A stretch of 64,000 bases of DNA from Bigelowiella natans CCMP2755 (taxonomy: Eukaryota > Protista > Cercozoa). The notes under the pieces were generated by a model. That model did no database searches, had not been told where the DNA came from, and saw only the letters and a list, made by a program, of their open reading frames with translations. The stretch is from positions 1 through 64,000 of the forward strand of contig ADNK01000694.1 of NCBI GenBank assembly GCA_000320545.1, given 5' to 3'. The position numbers were made by a program, and so were the translations under genes. This document shows, one piece after another, positions 26,878-39,501 of this stretch; position 1 is the stretch's first letter, and every line of letters begins with the position of its first letter.

Positions 26878-29142
26878 TTACTGAACTACCTTGCATCCAC
26901 CCGTTGAATGTAGGAACCATATTTACTATAATAATGATGATCAAAGTGATGATGACGAAGAAATACAATAACTAGCAGTAGCATAAAAGATAGGATGAAG
27001 TGGGATGAGTATGATCTGATGTAGTAAGCAGATCAATGTTCCTTGTTGTTTATTTTTGTTAATAGTATTCGAGGAGTAGTATTCAGGATTAAAAGATAGA
27101 TAGATACTAGTAGTTCATCTTCTTCTTCTTCTTCTTCTTCTTCTTCTTCTTCGTCTCTGTTTGTTATGAATAAGACTTACAGGGAGGCTATAAATAGTAC
27201 TCACCAGGTAAAGGTATGAAGAGGTTACGATATTTCTGCATCCCATCCGAACTGATAGGTATGAAGAGGTTACAGTATTTCTGCATCCCATCCGAATTTA
27301 TGAGATCAATCGATCAATCAATCAATCAATCGATCAATCAATCAATCAACTGATGATCCCTCCCCTCTCTCCTCCAATCTCCTCTTGTTTCTCATCATCA
27401 TCATCATCATCATGATCATGATAACCCTCTATGCTTTCTCAGTTGCTTCAAAGCATCTTCTGGTTCTATAAACCTGATAATAATACATACATACTGGACT
27501 ACGTATATAATTCACCATAATAAATAATGTGTTCATCATCATCATCGTCACCTACATCACCATAAAAAAATAATGTGTTCATCATCATCATCATCTACAT
27601 CATCATCTACATCATCATCCTTATATTGATTAGTTATTAAATCTACCCCTCCCACGAGCGAGGAAACTTTATCCCATTCCTTAAAATCTGATCATCGTCA
27701 CAACATTACAATAATAGTAGTTGGTATTAGTTGTATTAGTACTATTTTCAGTAATATAGCAGTAGACTACAGCTTTGTGATGAAGAATATAGTAGTAGTA
27801 GTAGTAGTAGTAGTAGTAGAGTCATTGGTTCTGCAACAACAACATCAACAACAACTATGACTACAACTACTACTGCTACATCATATCATCGTTGTCGTCG
27901 TCATATTAGGTAGGTTTCAATCGTTGTTGTGCTCTTCATTCTTTGGCGGTCTATTATTCCATTCTTCTCTCTCTTTCTCTTTCTCTCACCTGATTGCTGC
28001 CAGTTTGTCGTTCCGCCTATCGATTATTGAGAAAAAAGGACAGAAGGAAGAACAAGGGGGAGGGGAGGACGCAGTGAAGAGTAGGTACAAAGACAGGGAG
28101 AAGAGGATAGGTAATGAGACATCATCATTCTACGAATAACTCTTCATTCGGCGTTTGGATGAAAATCACTTTAATTACAAGTTGCATCTTTCTTTGAAGT
28201 TTATTGTTATCTTCCTTGTGATTCTCATCATCAAGTTTTGCAAGACGCTGTTTGTATTTCTCGATCAGCCTGACAATGAAAAGGTTGATACATGATGTGA
28301 TCATAGATGGGGATGGGTGCCTCTAAGGACATTATTCCGTCGTCATCGTGATCTTACATAATCTGGGAAAAATATGTTGATGATGATGTGGTATTGTGAT
28401 GATGGTGATAGTGATTTATATGGTTAAATTTTAGTTAAGTTTACATACAGTTTTCTCTCTTCTGTATCGTCATAAGTGATGACGACGTCCCCGCACGTGT
28501 TGCTACTTTTACCGTCAACAAGGTGGTTTTGAAACTCGGTGTCTGCTAATCCATCGATATGATGATTATAATCATGATGATGATGATGATGATGATGACT
28601 GACTTCATTAAACAATCCGTTGTGAGGATCCTCCTCATTGGCGTTTTAGTACATGTTTGTACCGTTTGTCTTCTTTTCTATTGCCGTGGTTGTTGCAGCT
28701 TTCCTCCCCCCCATTGCTGTGGTGGAGAGAGAATCAGGTCGATTGCTTCGGTCTATCCTTAGTAGCGGGTAGTATCCAACTCCTTTCTCCCCTTTAAACA
28801 CACGACGCCACAACACCAGTGAAACAATATTAATAATAATGTACCAAGGCAAGTAATATAGATAGAATTAGATTCATAGTCTTTGGAATATTGACAAAAA
28901 TTATGGATCAATGCTATCTTTTATTCTCTTTTATGAAATTGCTGCTTTTGTCAGTTTCAATGCTTTCGCTTCGACTTTCATTGAACACACACACCTTTTC
29001 CAAAGTACATCCCTGGTTTGTTGCCGCGAAATGAATGAGACGATAGGAAATGAATCGATAACGATGAAGAGACAGAGGATGAAGAGGGTGCTGCACCATC
29101 TGATGAGGAGGAGAGGAGGAGGAGGAGCGTGGAAAAGGAAGG

Positions 29143-29200
<58 letters not shown>

Positions 29201-29682
29201 CGATGAATTTTCATTTGATGAGTTAGATATCAAACCTTTAAGGTTCTTATTCCTTTCATGTCGTCGAAATTTTCCTAGATCTACGAAAATCAATCCGGAT
29301 TTGTTTGATGACCCTCCAAGCGCCCAGGAGGAAGGAGAGGAGAGGGAGGAAGAGGAAGAGGGGGCTGCTAATGGAACGTTATTAGGGTTTGGTTTGGAGC
29401 GATCCTTATAGTATCCAAGTCCCTTAGGCCCTGAAAACAAAGGAATACGAAGAGGGAGGAGATTATATGTTGAAAGCGGTTGGTTAGCACGGGTATTAGT
29501 CATGGATCACCTGTGCCAAAGTAGTATCCCTTCTTGGGGCCTGGAAAGGCGGAGGCGCCGTCCTTTAGAACTGTTGCCGCCGCCTTCTCTTCCCCCTCGT
29601 TGTTTCGGGAAATATGGAGCAAAATCACGGTTATAGAAACGGTCACCATCCAGCAGCGCTGGTATCTCGAAGATAGCATCAA
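22340..29682 (-). CDS. Large multi-exon hypothetical protein with a C-terminal FAM32A/DUF1754-like segment (could be two genes; 3' end unresolved)
   Basis: The 3' exons read DTRTPAQKKFDAR, MDKRRQATS|SDGGKSYRERLEAYNKRLAHMT, resembling FAM32A (RTPAQ..F..K.H..R.E.FN..L..LT). The 5' exons read MMLSSRYQRCWMVTVSITVILLHI..FPGPKKGYYFGT|GPKGLGYYKD. Many small internal exons (RFIEPEDALKQLRKHRG, MVPTFNGWMQG, MKELGFQWVLINQ) belong to no domain I recognise. Confidence 0.55.
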
Positions 29683-30263
29683 GTTGTATCCTCCCTTGAT
29701 TTGTATTCCCTAGAGTTATCCAGGTCTTTATGATGCAATTAATAACTGCAGGTAGGAATTGACCCCAACTTGCTGCCTGAAATGCTTGAGCTAACGATCT
29801 ACATCGTTGTTACAGGCCCTCCTCCCTTTTTGTTCCTTCTTCGAGCATCAGAATTTCCTGGAAGCCGTGCCGAATGGATAGTCTCCGAGAAATCTCCGGA
29901 GCCCTCCTCCTCTCAAGGACATACACTTTGGCACTTGCGACTACTGTAAGCCGGATTATTGTTATGAAAATCACCTCTCATGAGTAGCCTACGACACAGA
30001 TCTGCTGCAAAAAATGAGATGCTCGGCACGGCAGGTAAGGGCTGATGGACAGGCCTTCCCGCTGATAGCCACAAGTCTTATGATTAATCCCTTGGAAAGA
30101 AAATTCCTAGTTTAAAGCTGAGCATTTTTAAAATACGACATAGGAAAAAGGAAAATTAATGACAAAGCGGCCTTCAAGATTTCAAATTTATAACTTTGTC
30201 TGAAACCCGAAATCTTATCATTGTGCACACACGATCGTCGAACATAACTCAAGCGAAACAATC

Positions 30264-31178
30264 ATGCTCAGGGTTTTTAGCTCAGAGAGTCAGGAACCTG
30301 TGTTCCTAGAGAACGAGGCTTTGGAAGAAGATTCCATAGATGATTTCTTAGGGAACGAAGGGGCGCTGATGAATTCACAAGATTCCGAAGACTCTGTGGA
30401 GACAGCCTACGATTCACAAGAATCTGAGGATTCTGTCAACATTCTGGCAGGAATGAATTCGCAAGAATCTGAGGAGTCTGTAGAAACCGTTGAAGGAAAA
30501 GAGACTAGTAGTGACACTTCGTTAAGAAGCGAGTTCAGTGTCGACAGTGCGTTGGTACACTCGCTAGAATCTGAGGACGTCTATAGTTTAGGTTTGTTTG
30601 GAACTGGTAATGAAAACAGAGTAATGAAGGATGACATCAGAAAAGGGGTTCTAGTCGTGGACAAGGAAAGCTTCAAAGAAGTAAAGAGACGCAAAGTTGA
30701 GGATCGTGGTGCCTATTTGGATTTGCAACTTCCCCCATCCCCTCCTCTTTCACTTACGAGCGAAGTTACTATCGTCGAAGGAACAAAGAAAGTTCCCGAG
30801 TTTCCTTGTTTCTCACCAGAAGTCCTTGCTGACCTTAAGCACTCCAGTGGATTTGGAAACGTTGGGGAAAGGGCTAAGAAGAGAAGTAGAGTTGGAATGG
30901 CTTGTGATCGGTGTCACATTCGTAAAACAAAATGTGATGGACGAATTCCTTGCAACAATTGTAAGAAATCGAGCAAAGTTTGTTTGTATCACGAAGCTAA
31001 AGCTAGACGAGATGAGAATCTGGCGAGACCACCTTCAGAAAGGAAAAGGCTAGCAGACTCGGTGAATAAGTACAGGGGAGAGTCATGCATTCGAACACCT
31101 GGATGTCGAAGACCGCTTCGCCATCCGGGCCATTGTCGCACAGGGCCTGGAAGAAATCGAAAGAGGAAGGAACGATGA
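30264..31178 (+). CDS. Intronless Zn(II)2Cys6 (GAL4-type) binuclear-cluster transcription factor with an acidic N-terminus
   Basis: 304-aa clean ORF with ACDRCHIRKTKCDGRIPCNNCKKSSKVC (Cx2Cx6Cx5Cx2Cx6C), acidic SQ(D/E)SE(D/E)SV repeats, a second motif CIRTPGCRRPLRHPGHC and a basic tail. Confidence 0.9.
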   Translation: MLRVFSSESQEPVFLENEALEEDSIDDFLGNEGALMNSQDSEDSVETAYDSQESEDSVNILAGMNSQESEESVETVEGKETSSDTSLRSEFSVDSALVHSLESEDVYSLGLFGTGNENRVMKDDIRKGVLVVDKESFKEVKRRKVEDRGAYLDLQLPPSPPLSLTSEVTIVEGTKKVPEFPCFSPEVLADLKHSSGFGNVGERAKKRSRVGMACDRCHIRKTKCDGRIPCNNCKKSSKVCLYHEAKARRDENLARPPSERKRLADSVNKYRGESCIRTPGCRRPLRHPGHCRTGPGRNRKRKER

Positions 31179-32222
31179 AGGAACGATAAAGACTGAATGT
31201 CAGAGTCTTCCTGGGGAAGTTCACGCAGAGCCGATCCATACGATGCAAGTAAATTTGGAACAAATGAGAAATGTGGCATTATAGAGATGATGCATAGAAC
31301 TCCATGTGAGAGATTCAGGTTTATTGTGCATGCAAAGCCATGATACGTTAGTCAAAATATTGCGGTTCGTCATTCTGAATTAGACTTACACGATGGATTG
31401 ACATGTCGCGCACTGCATGCGGTCCTGATCACACGCTTCGATCACTCATCAATTGTGGATACGATAGTTGAACGTTGTAGCCCATTGTGTGGGCAGTAGG
31501 GAGCGCATGCGCATTTATACATTCCACGTAATGGTCTAGTAATGCGTGCACATGATGTACGTAGATTATGTAGCGCAAGCTATGTAGCTAGATAGCTCTA
31601 GCTGCTAGAGCTCTGCGGAGCTACATATGTCCAGATGTTATAGCGCGCAACAGACTTGTCTAGTTGTTTTTGTGATAGCACTAGATGTCATAGAGCAGGC
31701 TAGCAGGCAGAACTAGAAAACTCTAACAAGCAGAATTTTTGGGATTAACTGGACACAACACACTACCAGACTACTGGACTATCTAGCTATCTAGCTATGC
31801 TAGTATGTGAGACAGATGTAACTAGGTAATGAAGATTTCAATTTTTCAATCGTCACCATAATGTAGCTGACATGCACTAGCTAGTCAGTGCAATGCTGCA
31901 GTTACATATATGTCTCTCATTTTCGCTTCGATTCCCCCTCAGCCCTCCCTTTGTCATCATTGGAATGACTGTACTAGACTAGCTAGCAAGTGGAGTAGGT
32001 TTCGTCTCTAACATTAATGTCAGATCCGCTTGCCCGTGGCGGTAAAGCAATGCTAGAATGGTACGATTCGCTTTCTTTCTTGGGATAATGATCACGCTAG
32101 TATCGCCAATGCCACAAGGTGGCATAGCCTGCACGTACATGTGTTAAATATTATGTACACTGTGTCTAGTTTTAATGTGATGAGGTTTAAATGGGCTTCT
32201 CTAGTTTCTGATACATTGCAAG

Positions 32223-33685
32223 CTATGATGCTATCAAGGGAATCTGCTCGTGAACTCTCTGATTTGAGCCTGGTATTAACGCAGGTAGTAAATAAAACGC
32301 ACTTTCTACACCACAAAAACGTTGCAGATTAAACTGTTAGGACGCAAACCGGTACGATGTGTAGTAGTCACGAAAGCCGAAGCGCCCATGAGAACAACGA
32401 AAATGAAGCAGTTTAGCATTATTGGAATCCCGCCAGTGTTCAATATCAGTTTTGCTAAAACTGAAACTACACCACAGATCGGAGATGCTAGTAGTCCTAA
32501 CGATGTTGCACATGTTGATGAGTCGATTCATTGATATCATGCATCATCTACCTAAAAATAAAAGAGGTTGTCCTGGATCATGTCCGGGCAGAAACTCCCC
32601 GTATCCGAGTAGCCACCTCAGCCACATCCCCACAATAAGATATCCTGCCATAGTAGCAACAATCGCAACACCGACTCCCAGAATGAAGTAATTTCCTAGC
32701 TCTCCAAATGTTTGTAATATGCTCTTCCACATCAATTATCGATGTCCATGGGATAATTTTCATTTAATAATGATCCATCAGATAAAAAGAACTCGTTCGC
32801 ATGCAAAGAAACTTTCAGGAAGAGAATTCTGAAGGCGGGGAAGAAGAAAGAGGCATCACAGACTCTTCCAGAATGAATTACAGGTACCGGTAGTCGCAAG
32901 TCGTTAATTATCTGCATTCTTATCTTAAGTGTTGTCGCAGGAACAGAACAACATGGAATTTGTAACAAAACTCTGCTGTTGCAAATTCGGTACTAGCAGG
33001 AGGAAGGTCAATCGAACAAATCTCCCATCCACAGCAAACAAGGAAAGAAAGAAAAGAAAGAGAAAGAAAGAAAGGAAGAAGGCCGACACTCTAGCGAATT
33101 AAAACATCTACAACTACACAAAGGTCCAATAATCTAGCTCAGCCATCAAAATAGATTAAGTGCAGCAATTTTCACCTTTTCTGACGGAAGTTTTCATTTG
33201 ATAGCTGCAGGGCAATGAGTATTTTGACGTTGAGTTTCTTTCACCTATTACTTAGAATGTCCGACGACAACAGCACAACGAAAAGAGGCTCTGAACATGG
33301 GGTAAATGAATGGAATGGGATTTGGATTTCTTTTCAAGGTGGCAACTCCAAGAATTTGTTGCATTCAGGTTGTGTACGCGGATGAAGTGCCAGTAGAAGA
33401 AATAGAAGGTATCATAATTTTGAAGTAAAAGTACGTAAGAACATATATGGTTGATCATTTTCTATTTTCCATCTGATAGCTCCATTTTCGGTAACAAATT
33501 AGCACTAATGCTTTCGAAAGCAAAGAAAGAAGACGAAGACAAGGAAGGCAAAAGGTAACAAATCCTACTTCTTCACCGCTTAGCGCTTCTTCAACAGGCT
33601 GCTGCATTTCCTTTATTTTCAGTGGCAAGTCAGGAAACATACGACCGAAGGGAATTCTCAAGAAGCAAGAAGGAAAGACGGGCAT
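32223..33685 (-). CDS. Putative spliced multi-pass membrane protein (5' exons unresolved)
   Basis: In-frame GT-AG joins give NYFILGVGVAIVATMAGYLIVGMWLRWLLG..PLLFL|GLLASPICGVVSVLAKLILNTGGIPIMLNCFIFVVLMGASAFVTTTH|QSAFYLLPALIPG..IAS* (stop at 32223-32225), with three or more hydrophobic helices. Family not assigned. Confidence 0.45.
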
Positions 33686-34255
33686 GGTGAGAAATGCAAA
33701 TGGTGCCCGTCGTGAGATTGATTCTGTGACGTCTGTGTGGTTGGATCTTTATGTATGTATGTACGCCCAAAAGGCAGGCAGTTTACTTTCTAGAATCGGG
33801 AAGATTACCTCGAAAGTTGGGCTCTTAGTTGGGTTTAACAAATCAGTGAAATTATCATCCACGAAATCATGAATCGATCATCGGTCTCTCGATCCACCCA
33901 CCATCCTGTATACCATCTTCACAATCATTTGTTGATAGAAGGACTTTCGTGATAGAATAACAGGAATTGGAAGCAGTTACGGTGCGTTGCGATAAGTGCT
34001 AACTATAATTATGACCACGGATATTTGAGAGAGATACTGCTTACGACGACGACGACAATGACAACAACAAACGGCGACACTCTATGTCGATTTCTATTTG
34101 AAGGCAACAGCCTACAAGTACAGCTGATCTTCTTGTTTCGTTGCCTAGCAAATTTAATATTGATCATCTCTTATTATTATTATTTTGCGTCCTCGACTCT
34201 TTTTCCGGGCTACTGCTGCTGCTGTTGAGTTTTTCTGTTCATTTATTATTTTTAT

Positions 34256-34611
34256 GATGCACAAGGTGGAGATCGGAGTGCTGCTGGTGGTGGTGGTGGT
34301 GGTAATGGACTCAAAAGTAGTCTCTTAGCAGAGGTGATATTATTTATCTTATGATAAGAAGAAACCCATGAATGAAATGTTGTATCACTATGGCTATGGA
34401 GCTTCGTTCTGATTTGTTAAATGATTATTTCCTGGTGGTGCACAGAAAACTATGCCTGAGGACGAAAAGAAAAAGCGCATTGGGGTTAGTTTGATAGTAG
34501 TGTACAGGAACTATGAATACTACTGGAGTTGTTACTATCTTTATACTCTCTTCAGTGATCATAGTGATACTTTCAATATATTAGCCATCGGCAATAATTT
34601 CTAATCGCTAT

Positions 34612-34654
<43 letters not shown>

Positions 34655-34682
34655 AATTTCTGATCGCTATCTCTTCTCTCTC

Positions 34683-34724
<42 letters not shown>

Positions 34725-35994
34725 AATAATTTCTGAGCGCGATCTCTTCTCTCTTCCCCCCCCCCCCCCCTCTCTCTCTCTCTCTCTCTTTCTCTCTTCG
34801 GCGGTGGTATGATTATCGATGACGGTACGCTGTTTCCGTTAAACGTAGAGTGTACGGGAATTCTTCCCTAATTTTAGCAAAGACTACGCGATCGACTTAT
34901 TACGATCATTCCAATGGGTAATAGGAAGTGAAATGGAGAGAATATTTAGGAAATAAATGTACAAAGATCGATAGATAATGATAATTATGATGCTGTTTAG
35001 CAGTATTCTAGGAGAACTGAGAAGAAGAACATTTCAGTGCATGTGCTTGCTCCCGTAGATATAATTATTTTTATTTGGAATGGTCGTTAGGACGTTGAAG
35101 CGGCATTGAGTATGGCTACGACTGAGCTGCTGCCAAGCTACTTAAGAGTAAGTAGCATCAAGTAAATAGACATGACAGAAACCAGAAATAAAATCTGAAT
35201 AATGTGCAAATTTGTTCTCATTCGCCTTTCCATTGTCATTGTATGCTTCCATTTGCAATTATTATTCTTCATAAAGTATTCAACATAGTAGTTATATTGA
35301 GTTTCCTGCACTGAGCTAGACATGACAAGCATCCGTCCCAATCCATAGCAGCAGCAGCAGCATATCTTTTTGTCTTTCGTATCATTATCACGATAATGAT
35401 TATCATTGCAAAATCATCCATATCCCATTCCAACGTTAAACTTCAACTCACACATTTATCAATTATTCTCTTCAGCATTGCGATCCCTCCACGTATATTC
35501 ACAATCCTGATGACTTCTTACAACCTCCTCCTTCTCAATTTGGCGACATGATGCAGCGAAGTGGCAATGGTAGTCGTTGGACATCTCATAAAACATGCAT
35601 GACTAATAGTAATATTCAGCATAACATACCAGTACAAACAATTCAGATACCAAGGCTACCGATGATTATCGTTCGGCGATGATGAGCATACAGGGTACAT
35701 GCTATTATATGCTGTTTGATCATCATTGGTGTGTTAGTTGCGAGGAAATTGTGGGGGTGGTGATGTCTGTCTACGATGATAGCATTTGAGTTGGTCAAGT
35801 TTATACTCCTCTCTCTCTTGTAATGGAAGGTACTGCAATTAAGCCTAAGTGTACACCAGAGGGATTTATAGGACCAATGCCAGTAATAAGAACACCCTTA
35901 CTATATTTCATTTCTATTACTGCTGCTGCTGCTGCTGCCCTCAAGTTTTGCTGTTGCTTACTGAGTGCTCTTGCTGTTTCTGCTGTATGCTAAT

Positions 35995-36026
<32 letters not shown>

Positions 36027-36611
36027 TTGTTGTTGTTGTCGGATGACGATGGTTGTAATATCTAAGCATCAAATGGCATAATCACCAAACCAGCCATAAC
36101 TACAACTGGGTATTGATGATGGTGAGAAGGAGGGGGGGGAATGTTGTGATGTTGTGATCACAAAGATGATGATAACAATGGTGATAATAAGTGGTTGGTG
36201 ATGACAATAATAGCAGCCAATTGAAATCGATCAAAAGGAAGAGGAGATTCGAATTGGTGGTTATAATTATATACGTTGACATACATGCCATAACAATACA
36301 AAACCACATGTATAGTAGTAGTAGTAGTAGTAGTAGTAGTATCCACAACAACTTACAAGTACTATGCCACCTATTATCATTATTATTATTTATTTTTATT
36401 ATTTATTATTGGCGACTACGTAATTCCTTTTCCCACATAAGAGTATGGCATGCTGCTGTTGCGGCACGACCGAATTCGAACATCATCGCTACTATTTAGC
36501 ATCATCTTCTTCTTGTGTATGTATGTGTGTACATGTAGTTAATCGTTTATCGATCGAGTCAACAGTGTCATATTTTGATAATTCATCCCTCTATTTTGTC
36601 ATTAGTATACT

Positions 36612-36658
<47 letters not shown>

Positions 36659-36777
36659 TTCTCTGGTTCTGATACCACACCTGAGTCTGATATATAAACA
36701 TACATTCATATATGTATTTATATGATGTAACATTGTCACTAGTAATAACTCGTGCTGCTCCCTTCCTCCCTCTAATG

Positions 36778-36814
<37 letters not shown>

Positions 36815-37220
36815 GCGGCTGCTACTACAGAAAACATCCGAGAAATTTGTCCCCATTTCTCTGTTGATTACGCCTATAAGGTAGTAGTAGTAGTGGTGGT
36901 GGTGGTGGTGGTGACTACTCAAAGGTGTATATTCGCACCACTATCTTCTTTTTACGAAAATTCAACGTACCCCAACGATGAAGTGATGAAACTGGGTTAG
37001 ATTGAATTGCAATCGTAGTTCTCAACAACTGAAGGATCAAGATAAAAAGCAGCATTATTGTGAATTTCTTTCTTTCAATGAGTCATTTATTCCCACTTGC
37101 ATCTCTCTTTTGGGGGTCCTTCTCACTTCGTTTGTTCGTGATCATCATCTTGTGTGTATTAAAAGTTACTTGAAGCTCATCGTTGGGATGGCAGTGCTGC
37201 TGTTTCAGCTTATTACTCCG

Positions 37221-37251
<31 letters not shown>

Positions 37252-37568
37252 AAGTTAGTCAGTGATAACACAACACGTAAGAAGTATTACTAGAGTCACC
37301 AGTGTTGTCATACAACGAATCACTCGGCATTATTCTTTATCTCACAAAATGGAGCAGTTTCTACACATTGAGCAGCGTTTAGGATAGCCTCGGTTCTAAC
37401 CCCATATTATGATCGTCATTATCATCTTATTCAACATCAAATCCCCCCCTTAAAGAATCCATTCCTGAAATACTCAAGGGTGTTGATCCAGGAACCTATG
37501 TGCGGTAATTGATTATGACGAAGATGTCTCCATCATAGTATTAGATGACGACGACAACAATGGACGAC

Positions 37569-37601
<33 letters not shown>

Positions 37602-37901
37602 TACTAATTCTGATGTATTTAAATAAATTATTTCGTTTAATCCTGGTTGTCTTCTTCTCAGAGCAAAGTCAAAAGGGAATCAAAAGCAGTCTTCGAAAGA
37701 AGAGGTGCGTGTCTAATAAATGATAGAGGGGATGCGCTAACTCCATTACAGTTTTAATTGGCACTCCACGCCCCTAACAAACACAATCATCCTAATTGTG
37801 CTTGTAAGTAATCGCCAACCATATAGGTAGAAGGAAAATTAAGACACAAAAAGAAGAAGGAAGAAGATGATGAGCATATCGATGGTCAGGAACTGCTCTA
37901 G
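34256..37901 (+). CDS. Protein with two CUE/UBA-like ubiquitin-binding helical repeats (start uncertain)
   Basis: Exons RIG|SVREFFPNFSKDYAIDLLRSFQW|DVEAALSM (CUE-like FP..L....DVE.A) and ENIREICPHFSVDYAYK. The last exon is VEGKLRHKKKKEEDDEHIDGQELL*. Confidence 0.55.
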
Positions 37902-37929
37902 ATGTAGCACTCATCATCATGATACATAA

Positions 37930-38830
37930 CTGACACATATCCAATGCATGTGGATATTTATCAGCGAAGCGTGTCGCTTACATTATGTGGTACGATACGA
38001 TGCATGCAAGCTAGCATTGTACGAGTGTACATGCAGTAGGCGCGTATATATGCATGCGCGGTAACTAATGTGCACAGCATTGCATTGGTCCATCTAGCAA
38101 GCTATGTGAGTACATCTAGACATCTAGACATGTACGTTCCTAGCTCAAGACCTGCAGAAGACTGACAGCAACTATGTTGTCAACAAAACTCCTGTCTCGC
38201 TGCATGCGTCATGTAGCGTGCAATGCTCATGTAGTAGCTCTAGAGCTGCACAGTGCATGTAGCTGCAGATAGTGCCACGTCTAGATGTGTGCATCTTGAA
38301 CATGTCTGATGTCTGTTGCGCATGCAAGCTAGCAAGGCTAGAAGGACGGAGTTTGCCTGCTAGCTAGCCTGCCATATGCGCTCATCCAGCTAGCTGGTTA
38401 TTCTCTTATCAACCTTCACCCAACTAGCCAAGAGCATTGGGCAGCATGCTAGCTACTAGTCATTGGCTAGCTAGCAGCATGGCAGCATGGCAGCATGGCC
38501 TGCCCATGCTGTCATGCACGCAACGACGGCTAGCTACATCTAGCCATCCTGCGCAAGTTTTGAACGATGGATGGCACAATCATTGACGACATGCACCATG
38601 CATCTAGACAGGCATCTAATGCAAGCACAGCAGATGCGCATGTGCATTGCAAAACTTGCAACGAACCATCCGCGCTCAGAAATTCAATCCACGTGCATGC
38701 ATGCCATTCATGTACGTGCTGGCATGCTTGTGTCTCATGAACGCTACACATCGATCTTGTCAGATTGCGACGTTGACCCTCCATGGCAATGGCAACAGTG
38801 ACCATGTCCATTTCTTGTCGTCCTCACTTT
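37930..38830. other. TpA-depleted, TG/CA- and CTAG-rich intergenic DNA between convergent genes
   Basis: In 38461-38820 I count 9 TA, 8 of them in CTA/TAG context. Confidence 0.75.
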
Positions 38831-38840
38831 GAGATATGAA

Positions 38841-39311
38841 CTAAAGTGGAAATTCAGCTTTAGACGACCCGCGTTGATCTTCACTTGTGCAACTCAAATA
38901 CTTGTGTTGTTGCGGCAACACTTCCTGAAGAGGGGATCCACACCCCACGGGTTCACGTACAGCACAGCACAGCATCGTATGTGTTAGTAAGGGATATGTA
39001 CATGTAAACTGTGAAGTGCCCCCGACTAAAAAGAAAAGCAACAGATTTCATTCGTTACCACTATCACACTACACCAGCATGAACAGTTGAATAATACCCC
39101 AGACAAGATTAAAAAATAGTTCTTAAGGAAAACAGAGGCGTCAGAGGAACAAATACTTTCAAAGTAGTACTAGTAGTCGATACACACATCTTCAAAAACA
39201 TAATCTAATACAAACTCTTTATCCAAAGTACCTCCCGAATCGACTATTTTCAGCTTATTATTGCCTTGAATGTCTTTCAGCTGAACATCGGTATTGCATC
39301 ATTGATCCAAT

Positions 39312-39387
<76 letters not shown>

Positions 39388-39470
39388 TGTGTGTGAGTGT
39401 GTTTGCGCAGCATAGGCCTAAGCCTTTCCTTGTCTCTCGTTTACATGTTATTCTGAGAGAAGTTGGACTG

Positions 39471-39501
<31 letters not shown>

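Noticed and set aside
32250-32720. Urea-transporter assignment for the membrane protein
   Set aside because: Only a vague resemblance (GGIPIM..FIFV). The diagnostic LPxxTxPF motif is absent.
34590-34800. Three repeats of aataatttct.a.cgc.atctcttctctc with (CT)n spacers, superficially CRISPR-like
   Set aside because: The spacers are simple microsatellite, the repeats sit in an intron of a eukaryotic gene and no cas genes are present. It is a tandem triplication.
38530-38832. Cys/His/Met-rich ORFs on both strands
   Set aside because: A by-product of TA->TG/CA conversion, which removes TAA stops and enriches TGC/CAT/ATG codons.
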